Shown: one piece after another, positions 49,636 to 59,165 of the stretch
How the letters are laid out: every line of letters begins with the position of its first letter
Position numbering within the stretch: position 1 is the stretch's first letter
Assembly: GCF_947499295.1 (NCBI RefSeq)
Contig: NZ_CANMNP010000021.1
Location: forward strand, 2,092 to 66,091
Origin: an uncultured Roseibium sp.
GTDB taxonomy: Bacteria > Pseudomonadota > Alphaproteobacteria > Rhizobiales > Stappiaceae
Length of the DNA stretch: 64,000 bases
Direction of reading: 5' to 3'
The notes under the pieces: generated by a model
What the model was told of the DNA's origin: nothing
What the model saw: only the letters and a program-made list of their open reading frames with translations
Database searches by the model: none
Position numbers and translations under genes: made by a program

Positions 49636-50748
49636 TCAGGTGATCGAGCCGATCACGCCTTCGATCAGGTAGTCGGTCTGGTCGAGGGAGGGTTCGTAAT
49701 TTTCGAAGCTGGCGCCTGCAGCCAATAGCGACGAACCGTCCTGTTTGTTGATCGGGCCGACAAAGATCGACTTACCGGCCTTGACGTCCGCGCGGGCCGC
49801 GTCAGCGGCCGCGATTGCGGCTTCCGTCGCGCCAGCGCCGTAAGGCGTGGAGCGCACGAAATCGACATCGAACCCGCCGCCGGTGAAGTTCGGCAACGGC
49901 TCGCCCTCGGCCAGATCTGTGGCGAACATCTTGTAAATGGTCTCCCACTTGTATTCCGCGCCGGTGATAAAGCCATTCGGTGCCAGAGGTGACTGGGAGG
50001 CATTGTGGCCACAGCACTTGATGCCGCGGGACTCGGCAGTTTCGATCACCACCTTCGGTCCGTCGACATGACAGGTGAGCACATCGCAACCGGCATCGAC
50101 CAGGGCGTTAGCGGCCTCGGCTTCGCGAACCGGCATCGACCATTCACCGGTGAAGATCACCTGGACCGTGGCTTCCGGATTGACCTTGCGTGCGCCCAAA
50201 AGGAAGGAATTGATGTTGCGCAGGACTGTGCCGATCGGTTTGGCTGCGACAAAGCCGAGCTTGTTGCTTGTCGTCGACAGGCCAGCAGCAACACCGTCTA
50301 CATAATGCGCCTGGTCGAGATATCCGAAATAGCTGCCGGCATTCTTCGGGTCGGCCTCGGTCCAGAGCGGTGCAGCGTGGCGGAATTCGACGTCGGTATA
50401 TTTCGCCGCCAGATCCAGCACGAACGGTTTGTAGTAGCCGAAGGAGGTCGCGAAGATCAGCTTGGCGCCGTCCAGGTTAATCATGGATTCCATGGATTTC
50501 TGAACCGCGATCGTTTCCGGCACGTTTTCCTCTTCCACCACCGTTACGCCCGGCACGTCCTTCAGGGCGGTGGCGGCGACGGCATGAGCCTGGTTCCAAC
50601 CGAAGTCGTCACGCGGACCGACATAGACAATGCCGACAGTCAGCTCTGACGCTTGCGCCAGCCGCGGCAACCCGGCCGAGGACAACGCGGCAAGGCCCGC
50701 TGCGGATGATTTCAGGATGGTTCGGCGAGAGAGTTCGAATTTAGACAT
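49636..50748 (-). CDS. BMP-family ABC substrate-binding protein (Tat signal)
   Basis: SRRTILK twin-arginine signal; YVGPRDDFGWNQAH and IFATSFGY motifs. Confidence 0.9.
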   Translation of the reverse strand: MSKFELSRRTILKSSAAGLAALSSAGLPRLAQASELTVGIVYVGPRDDFGWNQAHAVAATALKDVPGVTVVEEENVPETIAVQKSMESMINLDGAKLIFATSFGYYKPFVLDLAAKYTDVEFRHAAPLWTEADPKNAGSYFGYLDQAHYVDGVAAGLSTTSNKLGFVAAKPIGTVLRNINSFLLGARKVNPEATVQVIFTGEWSMPVREAEAANALVDAGCDVLTCHVDGPKVVIETAESRGIKCCGHNASQSPLAPNGFITGAEYKWETIYKMFATDLAEGEPLPNFTGGGFDVDFVRSTPYGAGATEAAIAAADAARADVKAGKSIFVGPINKQDGSSLLAAGASFENYEPSLDQTDYLIEGVIGSIT

Positions 50749-50816
50749 GACGTCCTCCGTATTATGACGAAGCCACGCAGTACCCGCCTGCCTCCGTCTT
50801 GCCTCTGGTTAATTTT

Positions 50817-50832
50817 AGCAATCCCTGTGCCA
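50817..50832 (-). promoter_or_regulatory. sigma54 promoter of the BMP-ABC/biuret operon
   Basis: Consensus TGGCAC-AGGGA-TTGCT, about 70 bp upstream of the SBP ATG, with AT-rich DNA further upstream. Confidence 0.85.
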
Positions 50833-50999
50833 ACTCGCCCTGCTCCGGGCACAACAGTCCGGAATCTTTCAAGGTGCTGACTTACAAGTTGTTTTCCTGT
50901 TCCTTCCCCAGTCCCCGGGCCATTACCCCAAGCCTTTTCAAGTGAACGGCACTTTTGATTTTGCCTATTTATTAATCACTTGCTGTTTTTGATTATATT

Positions 51000-51983
51000 T
51001 TATTCAATTTGGACATGACCCGTGGCCGCCTTCACCGGCTCATAGCTCGCGTCGAGTTTGGATTTCAGGTAATCGGCACCCGAGATCGGGTCATATTTCG
51101 CTTCATCGCCCGGTGCTACGCAGCTGGGCAGACAGGCCACGTCCGCATCCGGATTGGGGTCCAGAAAGAACGCGATCGAGTAACGCTCAAGACCACTTGC
51201 ATTGACCACCCGGTGAGGCGTCGACACATAGACATCGTTTGTCCAGCGCATCAGGCAGTCGCCGATGTTGCAGACAAAGGCACCTTCCAGCGTGGGCGCC
51301 TTGAGCCAGACGCCGTCCCGCCGTCGCACTTCCAGACCGCCGACAGCATCGGGTAGCAATATTGTAATGTTGCCGTAATCCGTGTGGGTTCCCGCGCCGA
51401 TCTGCCCCTTTTCCGCGCCAGCGTGCTGCGGCGGGTAATGCAGCAGCCGAAGCGTTGCCATCGGCGCATCGAGCTTGTCTTCGAAGAAGTCCGGATGCGC
51501 TCCGAGATCCGCTGCGACCGCCCTGTGCATCTGCTGCCCCAACATCCAGACGGCGTTGAAATAGGCCAACACGACCTCCTTCCAACCGGGCAGGTCGGGC
51601 CAGAGATTGACAGCCCGGAAGGGTTCCCCGGCAAGGATCCGCGGATCGTCCTCAGCAAGGTCGAGCCCGATATTAAACGCTTCCTTCAGGTCGGACGGTT
51701 TCGTCGGATCAAGATTTTCTCCCTTCATCGGCACATAGCCACGATTGGTTTTGAAGAAATCCTTCGTCAGCGCCATCTTGGCATCCAGCGGCTGCGTAAA
51801 GAGCTTATGTGCCGCCGCGAAGACCTCCCCGATCAGGACCTGATCGACCCCGTGGTTCTTCACATAGAAAAACCCGGTTTCGCGGGCCGCGCAGCCGATC
51901 TCCGCAGCGACGGTCTCAAGACCACCCGGCGCGCCGGACACCAGCGGCTTTAGATCGATGATAGGAAGATCCAGGTCAGTCAT
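51000..51983 (-). CDS. 2-oxoglutarate/Fe(II) oxygenase (IPNS/DIOX family)
   Basis: GFFYVKNHG, LRLLHYPP, HTDYG (HxD), STPHRV and RYSIAFF (RxS) motifs. Confidence 0.9.
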   Translation of the reverse strand: MTDLDLPIIDLKPLVSGAPGGLETVAAEIGCAARETGFFYVKNHGVDQVLIGEVFAAAHKLFTQPLDAKMALTKDFFKTNRGYVPMKGENLDPTKPSDLKEAFNIGLDLAEDDPRILAGEPFRAVNLWPDLPGWKEVVLAYFNAVWMLGQQMHRAVAADLGAHPDFFEDKLDAPMATLRLLHYPPQHAGAEKGQIGAGTHTDYGNITILLPDAVGGLEVRRRDGVWLKAPTLEGAFVCNIGDCLMRWTNDVYVSTPHRVVNASGLERYSIAFFLDPNPDADVACLPSCVAPGDEAKYDPISGADYLKSKLDASYEPVKAATGHVQIE

Positions 51984-52000
51984 CCTGCGCATCCGCCTTT

Positions 52001-53824
52001 TCACTCAGCCGCCGCAACGGGCTGCTGCGCCGTCACCGACGCAATGAATTTCCGCCAGCTGCCGAGATGGGAAATGTTCTCCGCGCGCTCAACCCCGGCG
52101 GCCTCGCAGATGAAGCCGGTCACACTGGTACTGTCGGAGAGGTCCACCGTACCCAGGCCGAGCGGCGCCGGAATACCGGCCAGGAACCCGCCCACTTCGG
52201 TGGCGGGCAGCGCCCAGACTTCCAACTCGATCGCGGCACCTGAGCCCGCAGGTCCACGCACGAGACCGGGCCGTTTCGGCGGACCGCCCGCAAGCGCAAA
52301 AAGTGAATAGGCATCGCTGGTCTCGGCAGACTTCAGAAAGCGCCCGCCGCGCCCAGTCAATTCGCCGTTCAGCGCCATACCGGACATGTGTGCGCCACAG
52401 ACCGCAATGGCGATCTCACTGGTATCGGGAGCGGGTTGAAGATCTGCCGGGGCGGGCAGTGCCCAGCCTGTCGCACCAAGCGTGTGCGGCGCCATCTGTT
52501 CCAGCCGGCTGCCGACCGCAGCCAGGAAACCGTCGCGGCCCGCGGACGCCAACAGGGTCACGTTGCCCGGCCGTCCGTCCGAACGCGGTTTCACCGGCAC
52601 AGCGAGGCCACACATGTCCAGAAGGTTGACGAAATTGGTGTAGGTGCCGTTTCGCGAATTCGGACCGACCGGGTCGGCTTCGAGATCGGCCACGCTGTAG
52701 AAGGTCGGCATGGTCGGTACGCACAGAAGATCCAATTCAGACAGGACCGGCTCCGTTTTCCGGGCAAGCTCCTTCAGCCGGTAGAACCCCCGGAACGCAT
52801 CCGTCGCACTCAGGTCCAGCGCAGCCCCGACGATTTTGCGGGTCACCGGGTGGACTGCCTCCAGATTCTCGTTCATCAGTTCTTCGATGACCGTATGCCG
52901 CTCGGCGACCCAGGCCCCCTCGTAAAGCATGTGTGCGACATCGTAGAAGGGCGTGAAATCGACCTCGACGATCTCTGCCCCTTCCGCCCTCAGCAGTGCG
53001 ACCGTGTCGCGGAAGGACTGTTCCTGGACGGCATCTCCGCAGAACTCGATTGATCCCGCATCCGGTATGCCGATCCGCAGGCTGGGCGGCACCGGTGACA
53101 GGTCCGGAGCGGCGATCTTTCTGGAATAGGCATCGGCTTCGTCGTATCCGGCGGCAGCCTGATATGCGGTGTAGGCATCCTCCACCGTGAGGGCGAAAAT
53201 CGAAATCGTGTCGAGTGTGCGGCAGGCCGGTACAACACCGGATGCGGAGAGAGCGCCGAGCGTCGGCTTCAGGCCGACGATGTTGTTGAGCGCCGCCGGT
53301 ACCCGGCCGGAGCCGGCCGTATCCGTTCCGAGCGAGAAACTGACGATGCCATGGCCGACCGCAACGGCGGACCCGGAAGAGGAGCCACCCGGAACGATAG
53401 CCGGGTCTACGGAATTTTTTGGCGGCTGGTAGGGAGATCGCACGCCGACCAGCCCGGTCGCGAACTGGTCGAGATTCGTCTTGCCGATCAGAAGTGCGCC
53501 CGCCTGGCGCAGGTTCCTGACGACAAAGGCATCTTCCCCGGCCTGATACTCGTAGGCTGGACAGGCGGCCGTGGTCGGTTTGCCACCCGCGTCGATATTG
53601 TCCTTGATGACAAAGGGAATACCCCAGAGCGGTTTCGTGGCGTTGAACGCTCCGAGTTCGGCCGCCTGCTCAAGCACTTCCTGCTTGTCGAGGAGATAGA
53701 TGAAAATGCCCGGATCGCCGATGGTCTCGATCCGCCTGTAGACTTCCTCGACAATATCCGCAGGGCTTGCTCCGCCAGAATAGGCGGTCTTCAGGGATGA
53801 AAGCGTAAAGGGAAGATCGAACAT
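52001..53824 (-). CDS. atzF: Allophanate hydrolase
   Basis: KDNID, GKTNLDQFATGL, GGSSSGS, GTDTAGSGRVP and the C-terminal VCGAHMSG domain. GAGGAC RBS before ATG 53824. Confidence 0.95.
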   Translation of the reverse strand: MFDLPFTLSSLKTAYSGGASPADIVEEVYRRIETIGDPGIFIYLLDKQEVLEQAAELGAFNATKPLWGIPFVIKDNIDAGGKPTTAACPAYEYQAGEDAFVVRNLRQAGALLIGKTNLDQFATGLVGVRSPYQPPKNSVDPAIVPGGSSSGSAVAVGHGIVSFSLGTDTAGSGRVPAALNNIVGLKPTLGALSASGVVPACRTLDTISIFALTVEDAYTAYQAAAGYDEADAYSRKIAAPDLSPVPPSLRIGIPDAGSIEFCGDAVQEQSFRDTVALLRAEGAEIVEVDFTPFYDVAHMLYEGAWVAERHTVIEELMNENLEAVHPVTRKIVGAALDLSATDAFRGFYRLKELARKTEPVLSELDLLCVPTMPTFYSVADLEADPVGPNSRNGTYTNFVNLLDMCGLAVPVKPRSDGRPGNVTLLASAGRDGFLAAVGSRLEQMAPHTLGATGWALPAPADLQPAPDTSEIAIAVCGAHMSGMALNGELTGRGGRFLKSAETSDAYSLFALAGGPPKRPGLVRGPAGSGAAIELEVWALPATEVGGFLAGIPAPLGLGTVDLSDSTSVTGFICEAAGVERAENISHLGSWRKFIASVTAQQPVAAAE

Positions 53825-53848
53825 TTTTGTCCTCAATGTCTCTTGTTC

Positions 53849-55501
53849 TCATTCGGCGGCGGAACTGGCCGGCTCCGCCAGGACAGGCGGGGCGGGCGCA
53901 GCGGCCAGCAATTCCTGTGTATAGGGATGGGCGGGCATCTCCATAAGCTTGTCGGCAGGTCCCTCCTCGACGATCTCGCCGTCCCGCATGACGATGACAT
54001 GGTCACAGAGCAGGCGCACGACATGCAGGTCGTGGCTGACAAAGAGGTAGCTGATACCGAGCCTTGCCCTAAGGTCGACCAACAGGTTGAGCACGATCGC
54101 CTGGATGGAGACGTCCAATGCTGCGGTCGGTTCATCGAGAATGAGAAAATCAGGATCGACCGCGATCGCTCGCGCAATGCCGACACGCGCTTTCTGCCCA
54201 CCTGACAGCTGGTGCGGGAACCGGTCGAGAAGTGGGCGCGGTAGGCCGACCAGGTCCGCCAGCTCCTCGATTCGAGCCCGGCGATGCGTGCCGGACAGCC
54301 CTGTCAGGCGCGCCAAAGGTTCGCCGATGGAATGGCGCGCCGTGTGCCGTGGATTGAAGCTGTCGGTGGCGTCCTGAAACACCATCTGGATCCTTGATCG
54401 GCGGGTATCACGAGCGAACGCCTTTGCCGGCGTTTTCGCAAGGTCCTCACCGTTGAAGAGAATTTCGCCACTGGTCGGGTCCGCGAGCCGCACGAGGATG
54501 GACGAGGTCGTCGATTTGCCGCATCCGCTTTCGCCAACGAGACCAACGCTCTGGCCCTTCTTCACGGTGAAGGAAATGCCCTTGACCGCATGCACGGGAC
54601 CGGACTTGCCCTGGTAGGTTTTCACGAGGTCCCGGACATCAAGAAGCGGTGCCTCAGAGGGCGTGAGAACCGGAGCCGGCGAACGCAAGTCCACAGGCAA
54701 CAACGAGCGCACGGAAGCTCCCGCCCGCGGCGTAGCATCCACCAGCTTGCGGGTATAGGCATGCCGGGGTGCCGCGAACAAACGCTCGGCATCGCCTTCC
54801 TCGACGACCTCGCCGTCCTTCATCACCGCAATCCGGCCGCAATACTGCGCGGCAAGGCCGAGATCATGCGTGATCACCATGGCGCTCATACCACGCTCGG
54901 TAATCAGCTCGGCAATCAGGTCCATCACCGCCTTCTGGGTGGTAATGTCGAGGCCGGTGGTCGGCTCGTCGGCAATCAGCAGCTTGGGATCACAAGCGAG
55001 CGCAAGCGCGATGACTATGCGCTGGCACATGCCGCCGGAAAGTTCGAACGGGTAAGCATTGTAGCGTGCTTCTGCGTCCCGGATCCGGACCGCCTCCAGC
55101 GCCTTGATCGCCTCGGACCGCGCATTTGATCGCGTGGCTTTGGCATGCCGGCGCAGCACATCCTCGATCTGGTGCCCGACTTTGCGGATCGGATTAAGGG
55201 CCGCACGCGGATTCTGGAAGATCATCGAGATTTCCCGGCCACGCAGGTCTCGCATCGTGCTTTCCCTGACGGTTCGCAAATCGATGCCGCCGTAGGTCAA
55301 CGCGCCGCCGGTGATGCGGCCGTTGCTTTCCAGAAGCCGCATCAGCGCATAGGAGGTGACCGACTTCCCGGATCCGGATTCACCGACAATGCCGAGCACT
55401 TCGCCCTTGGCAACCTCGAGCGACACACCTCGCACCGCATCGACGTCACCGCGCCGGGTCTTGAAAGAAACTTTCAGGTCCTTGATCGACAGAAGGCTCA
55501 T
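53849..55501 (-). CDS. Dpp/Opp-type ABC ATPase (fused DppD/F)
   Basis: GESGSGKS/LSGGMCQR and GESGCGKS/LSGGQKAR motifs. Start at ATG 55501. Confidence 0.92.
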   Translation of the reverse strand: MSLLSIKDLKVSFKTRRGDVDAVRGVSLEVAKGEVLGIVGESGSGKSVTSYALMRLLESNGRITGGALTYGGIDLRTVRESTMRDLRGREISMIFQNPRAALNPIRKVGHQIEDVLRRHAKATRSNARSEAIKALEAVRIRDAEARYNAYPFELSGGMCQRIVIALALACDPKLLIADEPTTGLDITTQKAVMDLIAELITERGMSAMVITHDLGLAAQYCGRIAVMKDGEVVEEGDAERLFAAPRHAYTRKLVDATPRAGASVRSLLPVDLRSPAPVLTPSEAPLLDVRDLVKTYQGKSGPVHAVKGISFTVKKGQSVGLVGESGCGKSTTSSILVRLADPTSGEILFNGEDLAKTPAKAFARDTRRSRIQMVFQDATDSFNPRHTARHSIGEPLARLTGLSGTHRRARIEELADLVGLPRPLLDRFPHQLSGGQKARVGIARAIAVDPDFLILDEPTAALDVSIQAIVLNLLVDLRARLGISYLFVSHDLHVVRLLCDHVIVMRDGEIVEEGPADKLMEMPAHPYTQELLAAAPAPPVLAEPASSAAE

Positions 55502-56373
55502 GAGCGCTGCCGGGGGTCGACAATGTCGCGCAGCCCGTCTCCCAGGAGGTTGAAGGTAAAAACGGCGAACATCAGCGCAAATCCGGGAAAGATCGCCAGC
55601 CACCATTCGCCGGACACAATGAAGTTCGCACCTTCCGCGACCATGATGCCCCATTCCGCCGTGGGCGGCCGGACGCCGAGACCGATGAAGCTCAGCCCGG
55701 CGGCATTAAGGATCGCCCAGCCGAGATTGAGCGAGACCTGCACCATCATCGGTGGCAGCGCGTTCGGGAAAATGTGCAGCGCCAGCACCCGAACATCGGA
55801 ATTGCCGGCCAGCTTGGCCGCCTGCGCGAAGCCGGAATCCCGGCGGATGTTGACTTCCGCCCTTACCAGCCTTGCATAGAAGGGAATATTGATGACCGCG
55901 GTCGCGTAGACGATGTTTTCCACCGTGTTGCCCAGTGCCGCGACGATCCCCATGGCAAGCACAAACAGCGGAAAGGCCATGATCGTGTCGAACAGGCGGT
56001 TCAGCACCGCGTCCAACCAGCCGCCCCAGTATCCGGCGATGCTTCCGAGGACCGACCCGATCAGAAACGACAAGGCGACCGCCGCCACGGAAATCGCCAG
56101 ATCCAGCCGTGCGGCGACGATGACCCGGCTGAAGACGTCCCGACCCAGGTTGTCGGTGCCGAACCAGTGGTCAAACGAAGGCGGCTGAAGCGCCAAGGCT
56201 GCGTTCGAGGCCAGTGGGTCGTAAGGCACGAGCACAGGTCCGAGGATCGCAGCCACCAGCAGAACCGCAAACATCGAAAAGGCCAACAGGGTTACCGGAT
56301 TGGACCGCAGTACATAGACCACATGCGCAAGGGCGCCGTCGGTTTTTGGAGTGGAGGCAGCCAGGTCGCTCAT
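55498..56373 (-). CDS. Dpp-type ABC permease (DppC-like)
   Basis: HWFGTDNLGRD and AGLSFIGLG motifs. Confidence 0.92.
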   Translation of the reverse strand: MSDLAASTPKTDGALAHVVYVLRSNPVTLLAFSMFAVLLVAAILGPVLVPYDPLASNAALALQPPSFDHWFGTDNLGRDVFSRVIVAARLDLAISVAAVALSFLIGSVLGSIAGYWGGWLDAVLNRLFDTIMAFPLFVLAMGIVAALGNTVENIVYATAVINIPFYARLVRAEVNIRRDSGFAQAAKLAGNSDVRVLALHIFPNALPPMMVQVSLNLGWAILNAAGLSFIGLGVRPPTAEWGIMVAEGANFIVSGEWWLAIFPGFALMFAVFTFNLLGDGLRDIVDPRQRS

Positions 56374-57401
56374 TTGGTTTCAAATCCGATACGAGGGTCG
56401 ATGAGCGTGTAGGTGAGGTCGATCACCAGGTTCAGGGCAACAAAGAGAAGTGCCATCGCCAGCACGAAGCCCTGGACGGCCGCATAGTCGGACACCACAA
56501 GCGCCTCGACCGCGTAGGACCCGATGCCTGGCCAGGCAAAGACCTTTTCCACCAGGACATTGGCGCCAAGCGTGAAGGAGAACACCATGCCAAGGGTGGT
56601 GATGACCGGCAGGAGCGCATTGCGGAACGCATAGGTGAACAACACCTTGTCCTCCGTCAGACCGGCCGCGCGCGCGGTCCGGATATAGTCTGAGGAGAGC
56701 GCGCTGAGCATCGCCGCGCGGGTCATCCGCGCCAGCGGCGCCAGGGTGAACAGCGCCAGGGTTGTTGCAGGCAGCACCAGTTGCTTGAGAGCCCCGGTCC
56801 AGGTTTCCCAGTCTCCGGCGATGGCTGCGTCGATCAGGTAAAAACCGGTGACACGGTCCGGTTCGATATAGATGAAATCGAGCCGGCCGAGCGGCGACGG
56901 TGCGATTCCAAGCAGGTAGTAGAAGACGTAAATCAGAACGACACCGGTAAAAAAGGTCGGCAGCGATACCCCCGCCGTAACGAGCACCCGGCACAGGTGA
57001 TCGACTGCCGACCCCGGGCGCGTTGCTGCCAGCACGCCAAGCGGAATGGCAATGCCGCAGGAAAGCAGCAGTGCCGTAAGTGTGAGTTCGAGCGACGCGG
57101 GTAGCCGGTTTGCGAGGTCCTGGAGTACCGGCTGGCCCGTAGAGAGCGAGTTGCCGAGATTGCCGGTGATCACGTCCCCGGCATAAATCAGGAACTGCTC
57201 CATCAAAGGCTTGTCGAGACCGAGCGCTGTCCGGATTTCGGCGATCGACTGTTCATCGGCGGCGGCGCCGGCAAAATAGACGGCCGGGTCGCCGGGAAGG
57301 GCGCGGGTCAGCAGGAAGCTGACCACGACCACTCCCAGGATCACGGGAATGGCATGTGTGATCCTTAACCCGACCGTCGACAGGCGCCCGGCCATCGGCA
57401 T
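56370..57401 (-). CDS. Dpp-type ABC permease (DppB-like)
   Basis: LPGDPA, ARMTRAAML, YIRTARAAG and VEKVFAWPGIG motifs. Confidence 0.92.
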   Translation of the reverse strand: MPMAGRLSTVGLRITHAIPVILGVVVVSFLLTRALPGDPAVYFAGAAADEQSIAEIRTALGLDKPLMEQFLIYAGDVITGNLGNSLSTGQPVLQDLANRLPASLELTLTALLLSCGIAIPLGVLAATRPGSAVDHLCRVLVTAGVSLPTFFTGVVLIYVFYYLLGIAPSPLGRLDFIYIEPDRVTGFYLIDAAIAGDWETWTGALKQLVLPATTLALFTLAPLARMTRAAMLSALSSDYIRTARAAGLTEDKVLFTYAFRNALLPVITTLGMVFSFTLGANVLVEKVFAWPGIGSYAVEALVVSDYAAVQGFVLAMALLFVALNLVIDLTYTLIDPRIGFETK

Positions 57402-59026
57402 CAGGCCTTTTTCAGTCCGCGGACATCAAGCTGGCGGTGGAACCAGTACTCGTAGCCCTCGAGGTTGCGCGTACCAACGTTCAGCGCCGGCTGCCACAGG
57501 GCAATGCGAGGCACCTCGTCCCAGGCGATCTCGATCATGCGCTTGATCTTGGGGGCATAGTCCGGATCCTCGACCGACATGTGCAACGCTTCCGACGTCA
57601 GCGTTTCGATCTCCTCGTTCCGGTAGTTGGACGAGTTGAAGAGATGGCCTTCCTGGTAAGCCCAGAAAAAGTAATAGCAGGGGTAGTTCAGCCAGCCACC
57701 GAAGGTTTCCAGATGAAGCGGCAAGCGTTTTTCGACCAATGAGGCAGTGCGCCAGTTGGCACCCGGGATTTTCTCGATGGTTGCCGTGATCCCTATCTTG
57801 GCGAGGTTTTCCTGGATCAACAGCGCCGTAGGCTCCATCCAGTCGCTCTGCGACAGGTCGATCGACAGCGGCACTTCGAAACCGTCGGCATAACCGGCTT
57901 CCGCCAGAAGTGCCTTGGCCTTGTCGAGATCCGTCGAATAGGGAAATTTCTGCGGCCAGGCGATATCTGCCGGCGCCGTCGACGGCCCACCCCACATAGG
58001 TGCGCCCCGCCCATAGGCGGCGGTCTGGAACACTTCCTCGTAAGGCACCGCCCATGCGATGGCCTGACGGACCTTCTTGTCCTTGAAGGGCTCGAATGCC
58101 AGGTTCGGGCACAGGCAGTAGATGGCATTCTCGATCGGCGTCGTGGCGACCGTGATGTCCTCGGTGCCCGACAGCTCCTTGGCGTCCTTGTTGGGCATGT
58201 TGAACGACATATTGACGTCACCGCGTTCCAGCAGCGCGCGTCGTGTGGCCGAGCTCGGCACCTCGCGCAGGACGACGCGCTGAACCGCCGGCACCGGACC
58301 GGAAGTCCAGCCGTCATTGCGCTCATAGACAAGCTGTTCGCCAGGCTTCCACGAAGCGACCTTGAAGGCGCCCGAGCCAGCTGGGGTCTTGTGCAGATAT
58401 TCCATCGCCCATGGATCGTCTTCGGTCGCGTGTTCACGCGCCACCTTGGCGTTGATGATCATCGGCACCGGCACCGCCAGATCCGGCAGGGTCAGCTTGG
58501 ACTTGCGCAGCAGATTGATCTTGAACGTGAACTCGTCGACGACCTCGAACTGCTCCGGCTTTTCAAGGGAACCTGCCTTCATCTGAACCGTCGGGAACCC
58601 GCCGACGCTGACCGCTCTATCGAAGGACCATTTCACATCCTCGGCGGTGATCGGCGAACCGTCCTGGAATTTGCCGTCGGGACGCAACTTGAAGACGATC
58701 GCCATGTCGTCATCGGTGAATTCCCAGCTTTCGGCAACTTCCGGCTCGATCACCGAGTAGTCGTAGGACAGGCTGCCGTCCTCGAGCGTCTTGGTGCCGA
58801 AACTGACCAGCCGGTCATAGACGTTGACCGCAACCTGGTAGCTCGGGCGGTTCGTGCCCGTGCGTTGAATGTCAAGGCTGTTGATGGTCTGGCCAGTAAC
58901 AGCCACCACCACATCACCTGCCGCCGCGGAGGCCGGAAGCACTTTCAGAAAAGGTAAAACGGACGCTCCGAGGACCGTTGCACCGGCACCTGTCAGGAAC
59001 CCGCGGCGTGAAGTTTTATAGGTCAT
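57401..59026 (-). CDS. Family 5 ABC substrate-binding protein (Tat signal)
   Basis: SRRGFL twin-arginine signal; YDRLV, FQDGSPITAEDVKWSF and PAGSGAFKV motifs. GAGGGG RBS before ATG 59026. Confidence 0.92.
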   Translation of the reverse strand: MTYKTSRRGFLTGAGATVLGASVLPFLKVLPASAAAGDVVVAVTGQTINSLDIQRTGTNRPSYQVAVNVYDRLVSFGTKTLEDGSLSYDYSVIEPEVAESWEFTDDDMAIVFKLRPDGKFQDGSPITAEDVKWSFDRAVSVGGFPTVQMKAGSLEKPEQFEVVDEFTFKINLLRKSKLTLPDLAVPVPMIINAKVAREHATEDDPWAMEYLHKTPAGSGAFKVASWKPGEQLVYERNDGWTSGPVPAVQRVVLREVPSSATRRALLERGDVNMSFNMPNKDAKELSGTEDITVATTPIENAIYCLCPNLAFEPFKDKKVRQAIAWAVPYEEVFQTAAYGRGAPMWGGPSTAPADIAWPQKFPYSTDLDKAKALLAEAGYADGFEVPLSIDLSQSDWMEPTALLIQENLAKIGITATIEKIPGANWRTASLVEKRLPLHLETFGGWLNYPCYYFFWAYQEGHLFNSSNYRNEEIETLTSEALHMSVEDPDYAPKIKRMIEIAWDEVPRIALWQPALNVGTRNLEGYEYWFHRQLDVRGLKKA

Positions 59027-59126
59027 AGCAATCCCCTCTTGGCAGGAAAGGGGAGAAGGCCCTTCCCACTGGCCTTCACGATGCGCGTCTTTGGTGAGTA
59101 CTTCTATTGCTATTTTTGCACCTTTG

Positions 59127-59145
59127 TGCTTCGTAATTTGCAGCA
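59127..59145. promoter_or_regulatory. LysR box TGCT-N11-AGCA
   Basis: Dyad with T-N11-A spacing in the divergent promoter, about 20 bp before the lysR ATG. Confidence 0.55.
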
Positions 59146-59165
59146 CCATACGCAAAGCATTGAAA

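Noticed and set aside
50749-50816. Guanidine riboswitch or second ANTAR element in the BMP operon leader
   Set aside because: No paired ACGR-loop hairpins or A1/G4 hexaloop pair could be folded convincingly.
51000-51983. Isopenicillin N synthase / antibiotic biosynthesis
   Set aside because: Fold-level similarity only; no NRPS (ACV synthetase) or other biosynthetic genes.
59100-59125. sigma54-like GG-N10-GC (AGGTGCAAAAATAGCA) upstream of the dpp SBP
   Set aside because: Poor match to TGGCAC/TTGC; the LysR box explains the region adequately.
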